DNA of 64,000 nucleotides from the IMG/VR virus record IMGVR_UViG_3300010398_001198, positions 1 through 64,000 of that record. One strand, 5' to 3'. The DNA is from a virus. The notes under the pieces are model-generated. The model did no database searches. It worked only from the letters and a program-made list of their open reading frames with translations, and was not told the origin of the DNA. Below are positions 17,766-25,867 of the stretch, piece after piece (the stretch's first letter is position 1; the number at the start of each line of letters is the position of its first letter). The translations under genes and the position numbers were made by a program.

Positions 17766-18205
17766 TGGGGACGCCACTGACCATCCTCGTGCCCCCCGGC
17801 GAGGTGTTCACCATTCGCGGTACCGGTGTGCCCAGCCTGCGCTGGCATGTGGGGCCAGTGTTCCCGAAACAAGGAGGCCGTATGCCCATTGAAGTCAGCA
17901 TCAGTAATGAGGAAAAAATCCGGCTCAGTGTGTCGCCTCTAACGCCTGGAGGGCAACCCGCGCCCGTCGATGGCCCGACACAGTGGACGGTGACAGGCGC
18001 ATGTACGCTCGAGCCGATTGATGACACGAGTACATGGGTCGTCTCAGGAAATACGATTGGTGATTCGGTCGTCACGGCCACCGCGGATGCGGATTTAGGG
18101 ACAGGAGTTGTCACTATTGCCGATACCTGCACGGTGCATGTGGCGAACCCCATGGCGAGCAGTTTAGGGTTGGCGGCGGGCACGCCGGAACTCAAAACAC
18201 CATAG
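17766..18205 (+). CDS. Ig-like/beta-rich virion protein
   Basis: VTATADADLGTGVVTI pattern; start could be 17766 or 17882. Confidence 0.55.
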
Positions 18206-18211
18206 AGACTT

Positions 18212-18877
18212 TTGCGTATGCTCCACTCAGGCCGTTTAGGTCGCAAACATTTTGACCTCAATAAGCAGATTGCCATGATTCAAGGACATGGGAGTGCCTG
18301 TCTGATTACGCCCTGCTTGCAGTGTCCCTGCCTGCTCGAAGACCGGCAATTCTCGCCGACCTGCTTTGCCTGTCATGGCACCGGACGCCTCTATCTCGCC
18401 GACCAGGCCTTCAGCACCACCTTACTGCTGCATCATGAGGATTCGAAGCGCACCTTTGAAGAGGCGGGCACCTGGACCATGGGGACGATCCTGGCCAGTG
18501 TGCTACCCGATGTGCGGCTCTATGACCGCGATAAGGTGCGGGTCCTGGACATCCTGGACACCTTTAACGACGAGGTGTTGACGCAGGGCCTGGACGATAC
18601 GGTGCGCTTTACCAGTGGCGTGCATGTGCTGCTCGTCGCCGATCGCCAGCGCATCTACCGGGAGACGCTGGATTATGTGCTGACGCCCCCCGCGACGATT
18701 ACGTGGGTGGCTGGGGGACTCGCGCCAGGGCTGGGGCAGCAATACAGCATTAAGTATGAGGCACAGGCCGAGTACTTGGTTGTGGAGGACAGCCCACGGC
18801 TGCGCGTCGAGTATCACGTGCCGCAGTCCTCCGAAGTGCGTCTGCAACGACTTGATCGTCTGAGCGAGGAGTTTTAG
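18212..18877 (+). CDS. Putative head-tail joining protein
   Basis: CLQCPC...PTCFACHGTG.LY motif seen in neck proteins of SPO1-like myophages. Confidence 0.6.
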   Translation: MRMLHSGRLGRKHFDLNKQIAMIQGHGSACLITPCLQCPCLLEDRQFSPTCFACHGTGRLYLADQAFSTTLLLHHEDSKRTFEEAGTWTMGTILASVLPDVRLYDRDKVRVLDILDTFNDEVLTQGLDDTVRFTSGVHVLLVADRQRIYRETLDYVLTPPATITWVAGGLAPGLGQQYSIKYEAQAEYLVVEDSPRLRVEYHVPQSSEVRLQRLDRLSEEF

Positions 18878-18879
18878 CC

Positions 18880-19272
18880 ATGCGAAGCGTTGTGTGCTGT
18901 GTCCTGCTGTGTGCCCTGGGAACCGGGGGTCTAGTCCACGCACAAACCGTCGTCACCCTCACCCAACATGCCCGGGTGATCGAGGGGCGATGGGTGATGG
19001 AGAATGAGGCCTCAGACGCGACCTTGCAGCGTCTCGCCCAGGAGGGCGTCACGCTGGCCTATGCAGTGGGCGGGTCAATGGCGTATTGCCACCCGCAGCG
19101 GCCTGCCTCTCCTGAGAACGTGGCCGAGACGGTAGCGGAGCCTGGAGTCGTGCAGACCATCCTCGCCGTCTGTACGGCGCTCACCTGCCCTGGCGCTGGG
19201 ACCGGCACCATCACCACGGTGGACCTGCTCATGCCGGCGGTCGTCACCAACCTGCCACCGGTAGAGGAGTAA
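18880..19272 (+). CDS. Signal-peptide hypothetical protein
   Basis: MRSVVCCVLLCALGTGGLVHA-Q. Confidence 0.55.
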   Translation: MRSVVCCVLLCALGTGGLVHAQTVVTLTQHARVIEGRWVMENEASDATLQRLAQEGVTLAYAVGGSMAYCHPQRPASPENVAETVAEPGVVQTILAVCTALTCPGAGTGTITTVDLLMPAVVTNLPPVEE

Positions 19273-19277
19273 CGGTC

Positions 19278-20048
19278 ATGCCGCTACCGCAGGGGATGTC
19301 GGCGACGGTACAAGCCGTGCGCGCTGCAGCCGAGTTGGTGCAGTGGGCCTGGATTCAGCTCGCCGAGGGCTCTAGCCTCTCTGCCGGCGAACAGCGGGCC
19401 TATATTGGCGGGCTGAGTACGCCGCGTTCCATCGAGCATCCCTACGGCGGCGATCCCTATCAGGCACGGGTGGTCAACCTGGCCACCGCCGCGCCGCGCC
19501 TCGAACACGGCTTTGCGGCGTACCACTTGCCCGAGCGCATCAACTGGGCGCAGGCACGCGGGGCCAGACGGAGTAAGGCCGGACGTTTTTATCTGATTAT
19601 CCCTTTTACGCACGGAGCGTATCGGGGCCACAAGGGACCGGCCCGCACGCAGGCCCGCGCCATGCCGCCCTCCGTCTACCGCGTGGCGCGGCGCTTACAG
19701 CCCGGCATGCATCTCACCTCTGGGCGCTCGCATGGGATGGCCCTGCACGCGCCGGGGATGACGCCCTATGTCCCGGCCTTTCGTCGCAATCGCCGGCCTG
19801 GCTACGAGCACGCCATGCGGCAAGAGAGAATGATCCGGCGTCCAGGGCGGGGCGTCGGGTCCACATACCTCACCTTCCGCACAATCCACCAAGACAGTGT
19901 GGGATGGTGGATACCGGGCCGCTCAGGTGTGGAATTGGCGAAGCAGGCGCAACGTGATACCGCCCCTGCCGTGCAGGCCATGCTGGCGGCAGCCGTCCGG
20001 CAGGATGTGGAGGACCTGATGCGGCGACAACTGGGAGGGCGGCCATGA
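19278..20048 (+). CDS. Putative tail-completion/neck protein
   Basis: RLEHG..AY.L and TFRTI...S.GWWIPG motifs. Confidence 0.5.
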   Translation: MPLPQGMSATVQAVRAAAELVQWAWIQLAEGSSLSAGEQRAYIGGLSTPRSIEHPYGGDPYQARVVNLATAAPRLEHGFAAYHLPERINWAQARGARRSKAGRFYLIIPFTHGAYRGHKGPARTQARAMPPSVYRVARRLQPGMHLTSGRSHGMALHAPGMTPYVPAFRRNRRPGYEHAMRQERMIRRPGRGVGSTYLTFRTIHQDSVGWWIPGRSGVELAKQAQRDTAPAVQAMLAAAVRQDVEDLMRRQLGGRP

Positions 20049-20407
20049 GTACCGAGGCGCCCGACACCATTCGTCAGGCCCTGGCGGGCTACGATGCGCA
20101 GACCCTTGCCGCCTGGCTGGTGGATCTGAACTGCTTGCTGTGGCCAGCCGATTTCCCACTGCCCCCGCCACCAGGATGGGCCGCGGCCCCGCGCGGGCGG
20201 ATGCGCTACAGACTGGCGGCCCCTGTGTACACCGTCATACGTCAGCTCATCACCGCCGAAGATTTTTCCCGTGCATGGTGGACCTTGAAGCTCCAGAGGT
20301 CCGTCGACGAGTGGGCAGCCTGGTGGGATGAGCAGGGGCAACGCTCGGCGGAGTCCCTCTGGGCCTTACAGCAGGAGGAGCGAGAGAGGGAGGCGTTATG
20401 CTCGTAG
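20045..20407 (+). CDS. Hypothetical Trp-rich protein
   Basis: Coupled ORF, 120 aa. Confidence 0.5.
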   Translation: MSTEAPDTIRQALAGYDAQTLAAWLVDLNCLLWPADFPLPPPPGWAAAPRGRMRYRLAAPVYTVIRQLITAEDFSRAWWTLKLQRSVDEWAAWWDEQGQRSAESLWALQQEEREREALCS

Positions 20408-21225
20408 AATCGAAGCTCGCCGCCTGGATCAGTGCCGGAATTGCGCTCTACAAGGCGCATCCCCTGATGGTGGAGAGCATTTTCTATGATGCGAGCCAGA
20501 GCGGTGCGCCGACCGCCCTCGGCGATGGGTATGTGACGGACCTCGAAAAACTCTGGTTGCCCGATGAGTACGCTGGTGGCACATTACGCTGGGCCGATGC
20601 CACGTTTCCTATCGTGAGCAATACGCCGACCACCCTCACCGTCACGGGCGATCCCTCGCTGGTGGAGTCCGTGGATTTCGTCTGCTACCAGATCGTGCCG
20701 CCCGCCGTGGCGAGTCTGACGCAACTCCTCCAGCAGGAGAAATTCAGTGTCCTGACCGCCTTTGCGCAAGTGCCCACCTCCATGCCCGCGATCACCATCC
20801 GGCTGGAGAAGGATGCCCAGGGCGACACCTACATTGGCGAGGACCTGCGGCAGTATGCCATTGAGGGGGTGGAGTTTGACGTACGCTCGCAAGTCATGAC
20901 TGGGAGCTATGTGCTGAGTGTATGGACAGTCAATAGAGAAGCCACCATTTACCTTTATGCGTGGCTCATGCACTGGGCCTTGAACAGCATGGCCCAATTT
21001 ACCACTTGGGGCCTCTATGACGTGAGTTTAGGCGGCTCTGACCTGGACCCAGCGCTCCAGTACCTTGCCGAGCGCACCTATACCCGCCATCTCCTGTTCA
21101 CCGCCAGCCGCATCGAGCGGGCGGTGAGTACCCGTGAGCCCATCGAGTATGTGACCGATCTCTGCGTCAAAGTGTGCGCCCAGTATGCCACCCTGGCCGC
21201 GACCATTTACCCTGTGATGGACTAG
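20398..21225 (+). CDS. Putative tail terminator
   Basis: MPAITIRL...SYVLSVWTVN..ATIYLY pattern; position before sheath. Confidence 0.5.
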   Translation: MLVESKLAAWISAGIALYKAHPLMVESIFYDASQSGAPTALGDGYVTDLEKLWLPDEYAGGTLRWADATFPIVSNTPTTLTVTGDPSLVESVDFVCYQIVPPAVASLTQLLQQEKFSVLTAFAQVPTSMPAITIRLEKDAQGDTYIGEDLRQYAIEGVEFDVRSQVMTGSYVLSVWTVNREATIYLYAWLMHWALNSMAQFTTWGLYDVSLGGSDLDPALQYLAERTYTRHLLFTASRIERAVSTREPIEYVTDLCVKVCAQYATLAATIYPVMD

Positions 21226-21229
21226 GAGG

Positions 21230-21565
21230 ATGTCTATGGCTGAGCCTGAGACCCCTGAGACGCCCGAACCGGAGCCCGAGACGCCCATGCCCGCGGAGGA
21301 ACCGGACGACCTCCCCGAGCCCACAGCGCCATCGGAGGCGCCGGCCACCGCCCTGCTCGCCGCCGTCGAGCCCCGTCTGGCCTTCGATGAGTTTGTCGCC
21401 ACCGCGCCCGGCATGGTGGCCCTCAGCCGCTCAGTGCAGGAAGCCGCGATGGCGGCGCTGCGGCGGTGGATGCGCACGCAGGGGAAAAACGCCGACGGGC
21501 ATTATGTCCTGGTCGAGTGGCAGGCATGCTACACGGGCATGCTCGGGCATGCGGCGCGGATTTAG
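21230..21565 (+). CDS. Hypothetical acidic protein
   Basis: EPET repeats; RBS GGAGG. Confidence 0.55.
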   Translation: MSMAEPETPETPEPEPETPMPAEEPDDLPEPTAPSEAPATALLAAVEPRLAFDEFVATAPGMVALSRSVQEAAMAALRRWMRTQGKNADGHYVLVEWQACYTGMLGHAARI

Positions 21566-21789
21566 GGCGACAGGATCTCGTAGTCTTGCATAGTGATCTG
21601 TGAGCAAGGGCAATGACAGTCATCGCACAGAAACGCAAGGCAGAGACCGCAGGATTTCACGAAAAACGCCGCATCGAGTTGGGCCTGACATTGGCTACAG
21701 AGGAGTGGTCGAAACGGATGACGGGCACACCACTCGACTACCAGGAGATGCCAACGCTGGATGTCTTCAGGACTGGCTGGTTGGGTCAT
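21562..21789 (-). CDS. Small Cys-rich protein of antisense two-gene cassette
   Basis: CSQC...CGLC..LCDDCHCPC; follows 21805..22059. Confidence 0.5.
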   Translation of the reverse strand: MTQPASPEDIQRWHLLVVEWCARHPFRPLLCSQCQAQLDAAFFVKSCGLCLAFLCDDCHCPCSQITMQDYEILSP

Positions 21790-21804
21790 GAGGATCTCCT
21801 TCTC

Positions 21805-22059
21805 CTAGCTGGCCTTGGGGGCTTGGCGAACCCGTACGATGGCGAAATAGGCTTCGATGGCTTTGAGAATGCGCTTGGCTTTCGTAGGCCCAATACGGGC
21901 AATAAGCCAGACTTGAGGATCATTATCATGCTTGGTGTTATTATACCCGCCTTTGCCATAAGAGGGAATAGAGTCAAGAAGTTGCTGCTCAATCGCTCGT
22001 TGTCGCCGAGCCGACTCACGCTTGGACGCACGTTCTTTCTCAGGATCTTTATAGGGCAT
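21805..22059 (-). CDS. Small basic protein with HNH-like N-terminus (MPYKDPEKER...), no nuclease domain
   Basis: ATG 22059 after GAGGTGAG; AT-rich. Confidence 0.55.
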   Translation of the reverse strand: MPYKDPEKERASKRESARRQRAIEQQLLDSIPSYGKGGYNNTKHDNDPQVWLIARIGPTKAKRILKAIEAYFAIVRVRQAPKAS

Positions 22060-22155
22060 GTGACTCACCTCACCACAAGGGAGAACCAGAAGGAGGGGGA
22101 GCGCTGGCAGGTGGTTAGACTGCCCCGGTTGCAATCCGGTGCGCCCCTCATGAGA
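22060..22155 (-). ncRNA. Structured leader RNA class B, copy 1 (C4-antisense-like three-way junction)
   Basis: P1 gaggggcgc/gcgc(t)cccc, ccgg-attgcaa-ccgg, ggcag-tctaACCAC-ctgcc, RBS hairpin cct-tGTGGTg-agg; promoter TGTTATAAT at 22161-22169. Confidence 0.6.
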
Positions 22156-22194
22156 CGTAGATTATAACATATTTTTGTGGGGAATAGAAGGATT

Positions 22195-24288
22195 ATGGCG
22201 ACTTCACCTTTACTTATTCTTGATGCTAATGGCGCTCCTAGGACTGAGCCGTCTGTTTCGTCCCATTGGTCCTTCGATCAGACCTCCACCGGACGCTATA
22301 TAGCCCAACACGACGTCATCGAACTGTCGTACATGGAGGGCGGACCAGCCAATCAGCTCGTGCCGTATCTCGATGCGGCTGAGATTGCGAGCATTTACGA
22401 TCCCGAATCATTGGGTATCCTCGGTGCGGACCTGGCGAATTATCTGTATGCCCCGAGTGGCGACTACAATGTGCGGGGCGCCTACCGCACCTATGTGCTG
22501 CGTCTCGGACAACCCACCAGGGCCAGTCTCACCCTGAATAACGATGCGGCGCAGCCGGTCCTGACGCTGACCACGGATGACGCCGGGACCTACGCCAACA
22601 AGAACAGCGTGCAGGTCGCCTCAGGGACGGTCGTGGGCAAGCGCCTGACCTTCCGCTTCCGCCAGGAGATGACCGTCCTCGATAACTTGCTCAACGCCAT
22701 GCATCTGGCGTACACGGGCAATGCCTCTGCCGCGACACTCACGATTACCCGCACCAATGACAAAGCGGTGCGCCTCCAGACCACGCTCACGGGTGCCAGT
22801 GATGGGTCGATCCCGATGGACCTCGATCTCACGCAGGATGCCTTCAGCACCATCCAGCAACTGGCCACGTACCTGAATGGCCAAAACGGCTACCGCGCCA
22901 GTATCGACCGCTATGGGAATGCCCTCATGCCGAGTGCGGAACTCGACGGCGTGGCCGGGGCGACGATCCGCACGCCCCCGGCGCTCCTCATCCACTACAT
23001 CGGCGCAGGATCAGCCGCCACCATGACCGTGACCAATACCGGCCTCACCACGACGGTGACCGGCGGGCCTGGGGGCCAGAACCTGAGCGTGGACTTTACG
23101 GCGGCGACGACTGACACGCTGGCGGAACTGGTGGCGTACATCAACGGCATTACCGGGGTGTACACCTGCACGCTGGGGCCGAACGCCGACCCGGAGATGG
23201 CCCCGCTCAACCAGCTCGCCATCGTCACGAACCAGGACATCCGCACCGCCACCTATACGCTGACCTCCCAGGCAGGGGAAATGGATTACCTCCTCACTGC
23301 CGGCCTGGGAAGCATCGTCTACGCGATCAATACGCAAGTGGCGCGGGTGACCGCGACCCGGGTGGCGAATGCCACGACCCAGCCGGCGAATCTCGCCCAG
23401 ACGTTCATGGCGGGGGGCACCAATCCGGTCCCGACCACCGCCGACTGGCTCAATGCCCTGACGGTGATTGAGCAGGAGGACCTGGTGGGCGCCATCCTGT
23501 TCCCCGTGACCACCGATCCCGTCTACCAGGACGCCATCAACGCGTGGGTGACGTCGCAGCACAATACCCAGGGGAAAAGCTTCCGCAGTTTCTTTGCCCC
23601 GCCCGACAATACCAGCACGGACGATGCGAAGTCCCTGGCGCTCGGGTTCAACTCGACGTTCGCGGCCATGATCCCGCAGCCGATGGTCGCGGCTTCAGGG
23701 GTGACGGAGCAACCCCCGCTCTACCCGACGGCCTGCTACTGCGGCGCGGCGGCGGGGGCGCTCCCGACCCAACCGGTAACGCGGCTGGTGGTGCGCGGAC
23801 GGTCCTTACCGACGCGGGCCAAGTTTTCGAAGGCCGTGCGCGAGGACCTCCTGAGTAATGGCGTGTCGGTCCTAGAGGAAGTGAAGGGGGTGGGTGTACG
23901 CGTCTCGCTCGCGGTCACCACCTCGCTCAGTGCCGACCGCATTGACCGCATGCTGAGTGAGTCGATGGCCCGCGATGTGATCGAGCAACGCATCAAGGCG
24001 TATGTCGAGCCGCTGATTCCACATTGGGCGATGAACGAGTGGCTCGCAACGGTCAAAGGGGCGGTCTATAACGCTCTGGCGAGCCTGGAGGTTGATGGGA
24101 TTATCAGCAAGGGCCGGGATGCGAATGGGCGGATTCTGCCGGCCTGGCTCCCGGTGCAAGTGAGCATCCAGGCGCCCATCTGCAAGATCAAAGTGCACGT
24201 GTTTATGGGTGGTGAGGTCGACCACGTCCTCGTGCTTGGTACTATTAGTTATCAGACCTTCGAGCTAGAAGTACCAGCGGGGGCATAG
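22195..24288 (+). CDS. Contractile tail sheath protein
   Basis: ~700 aa; GGTNPVPTTADWLNAL..., DLLSNGVSVLE...V.LAVTT; AT-rich recoded ends. Confidence 0.85.
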   Translation: MATSPLLILDANGAPRTEPSVSSHWSFDQTSTGRYIAQHDVIELSYMEGGPANQLVPYLDAAEIASIYDPESLGILGADLANYLYAPSGDYNVRGAYRTYVLRLGQPTRASLTLNNDAAQPVLTLTTDDAGTYANKNSVQVASGTVVGKRLTFRFRQEMTVLDNLLNAMHLAYTGNASAATLTITRTNDKAVRLQTTLTGASDGSIPMDLDLTQDAFSTIQQLATYLNGQNGYRASIDRYGNALMPSAELDGVAGATIRTPPALLIHYIGAGSAATMTVTNTGLTTTVTGGPGGQNLSVDFTAATTDTLAELVAYINGITGVYTCTLGPNADPEMAPLNQLAIVTNQDIRTATYTLTSQAGEMDYLLTAGLGSIVYAINTQVARVTATRVANATTQPANLAQTFMAGGTNPVPTTADWLNALTVIEQEDLVGAILFPVTTDPVYQDAINAWVTSQHNTQGKSFRSFFAPPDNTSTDDAKSLALGFNSTFAAMIPQPMVAASGVTEQPPLYPTACYCGAAAGALPTQPVTRLVVRGRSLPTRAKFSKAVREDLLSNGVSVLEEVKGVGVRVSLAVTTSLSADRIDRMLSESMARDVIEQRIKAYVEPLIPHWAMNEWLATVKGAVYNALASLEVDGIISKGRDANGRILPAWLPVQVSIQAPICKIKVHVFMGGEVDHVLVLGTISYQTFELEVPAGA

Positions 24289-24293
24289 GAAGA

Positions 24294-24345
24294 GCGGGAA
24301 GGGGGCTGGTCGCAGAGTAACGCGTCTGAAACCCCTCCCGCACCG
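24294..24345 (-). ncRNA. Orphan antisense hairpin RNA behind extended -10 promoter
   Basis: TGCTATACT at 24352-24360; gcgggaGGGGT...caga-cgcgttac-tctg...AGCCCCCttcccgc. Confidence 0.45.
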
Positions 24346-24376
24346 TAGGGGAGTATAGCACAGGGGAAAGGGCCTT

Positions 24377-25261
24377 TTAAGGAATGAGAAAGAGTTGATG
24401 GGGGCCGGGGGCACGCTCTTTCTCTATCACCATAGTTGGTCGTGGTAAATGTTTCCAGCTTCGGCCGCTACACAGGGCTTGGGTGGCTGGATATGGTAAA
24501 TCCATGATGGTGACGATCTTGATGATGGGCCAGCCCTCAGCATATTTGGCTAAGACTTCAATAGCCGTTTGTTCAGTCATTTTGCTATGACCATTGCGTT
24601 CACCAAAACTGTGACGCTTATCGCGTATCGAATCGTCAAGATTGTCTTTTTGGGTTCCGCTATGGATATGCCAAGGATTACAACAAGACGTGTAATGACA
24701 ATAGTGCGCGACTTTCGTTTCAGGAGACAACGAACATCCATTGCACAGCTCATAGGCGGCACGATGGGTATAGATTTGTTTCTTATCAACAATAATTTTC
24801 CCGTACCCATTCAAGTCAAGCGTCCCTGTCCATGGCATACAACAATAGGGACACCATTCTTCATGGTCGCAACGCTGGACACGTGTCCAGAAATCACGCA
24901 GTGCTTTCCATCTTTTGTCCCGACTCGTATAGATCGTTGCGCATTTCCGCGAACAAAATCGGTCTCCTGTATTCGATTGTTGACGGACAGACAGAATGAA
25001 CTCTTCCCCACATTGCGGGCATATGCCCGTTTCTTCTGGCAAACGCATAGCGACGTACTTACAAACCTTCGAACAAAATTGCGCGGTTTCTTGACGATAG
25101 GCTCTGACCGTAAAAGGTTGATGGCACCCTTGGCATTCCAAAGTGACAGACCGTCGCCGCGCCACACCTTTACAGGCATTCGAGCAAAACTGCGCATTTT
25201 TATGTTTTGCGGGGACCTCAAAAGGATGCGTACACGAGGGGCAGATGCGCGTAATGGACAT
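24377..25261 (-). CDS. Free-standing HNH endonuclease (HNH4): three zinc ribbons + HNH + HTH
   Basis: CxxC...FCSxxC x3, CMPWTG..LNGYG...THRAAYEL...AHYCHYTSCCNPWHIHSGTQKDN; ATG 25261 after AGGAG. Confidence 0.92.
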   Translation of the reverse strand: MSITRICPSCTHPFEVPAKHKNAQFCSNACKGVARRRSVTLECQGCHQPFTVRAYRQETAQFCSKVCKYVAMRLPEETGICPQCGEEFILSVRQQSNTGDRFCSRKCATIYTSRDKRWKALRDFWTRVQRCDHEEWCPYCCMPWTGTLDLNGYGKIIVDKKQIYTHRAAYELCNGCSLSPETKVAHYCHYTSCCNPWHIHSGTQKDNLDDSIRDKRHSFGERNGHSKMTEQTAIEVLAKYAEGWPIIKIVTIMDLPYPATQALCSGRSWKHLPRPTMVIEKERAPGPHQLFLIP

Positions 25262-25362
25262 GATGTATCTCCTGTAGATACCCCTGAGCAATGGAGGAAA
25301 CGTGCACGGCAACCTACCCAGGTAGTAGGGTTTTCGGGTCGCGATTCCCTAGCCGTACACAA
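25262..25362 (-). ncRNA. Structured leader RNA class B, copy 2
   Basis: P1 gtgtacggc/gccgtgcac, ggg-aatcgcga-ccc, cctac-taCCTGg-gtagg, RBS hairpin gtatct-aCAGG-agatac; TGTTATACT at 25369-25377. Confidence 0.6.
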
Positions 25363-25395
25363 AACATAAGTATAACATATTTTAGGACAAAAATC

Positions 25396-25830
25396 ATGGC
25401 CTCGCGTATTTACATAGCGTCGAGTGTTTCAATCATTGCTGTGAACGGTTCTGGTCAGGCGTTTCCACTGGGGCTGGTGGACAATCTACGTTTGGAGAAG
25501 GCGTTCGTTACGGAAGGGGTCATAGAGATCGGTTCTTTTCAGTACGCGGACATTTTGACCCACGGCTATGGTGCTCGCTTCTCCTGGGGTCGGGCCTACA
25601 CGGCGGGCGGCGATCTCATCTCCATGGGCCTGGTGCCGGGGGATGTGAACATCCCGCAGTTTCAGCCGATCTTTCTGCGCGTCATCGATCAGATTGCGCA
25701 GCGGGAAGTGGCGCTCATCCACCGGGGCGTGATTGAGACCTATACGGTGGAAATCAATGGGCGAGCCAAACTTTTGAACAACGTTTCGGGCATATGCTGC
25801 TCGTTGCTTTCGGAGTCTGAGATCAATTGA
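25396..25830 (+). CDS. Tail tube protein
   Basis: 144 aa after sheath; GLVDNLRLEK.F.TEGV.EIGS. Confidence 0.75.
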   Translation: MASRIYIASSVSIIAVNGSGQAFPLGLVDNLRLEKAFVTEGVIEIGSFQYADILTHGYGARFSWGRAYTAGGDLISMGLVPGDVNIPQFQPIFLRVIDQIAQREVALIHRGVIETYTVEINGRAKLLNNVSGICCSLLSESEIN

Positions 25831-25867
25831 CAATGAGAGTCTTTCACTCTAACGAAATAAACTAGTT

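Noticed and set aside
22095-22149. tRNA-like sequence (TGGTTAGA, TTGCAA loops)
   Set aside because: No T-arm (GTTCRA) or CCA; better explained as class B leader on the minus strand.
255-25377. HNH cassettes as group I introns or IscB/TnpB/TIGR systems
   Set aside because: They are antisense, flanking genes are complete ORFs, and I see no intron core, RuvC motifs, Nop domain or guide array. RNA-guided activity is not excluded, but the loops match the cassette's own RBS rather than a target site.
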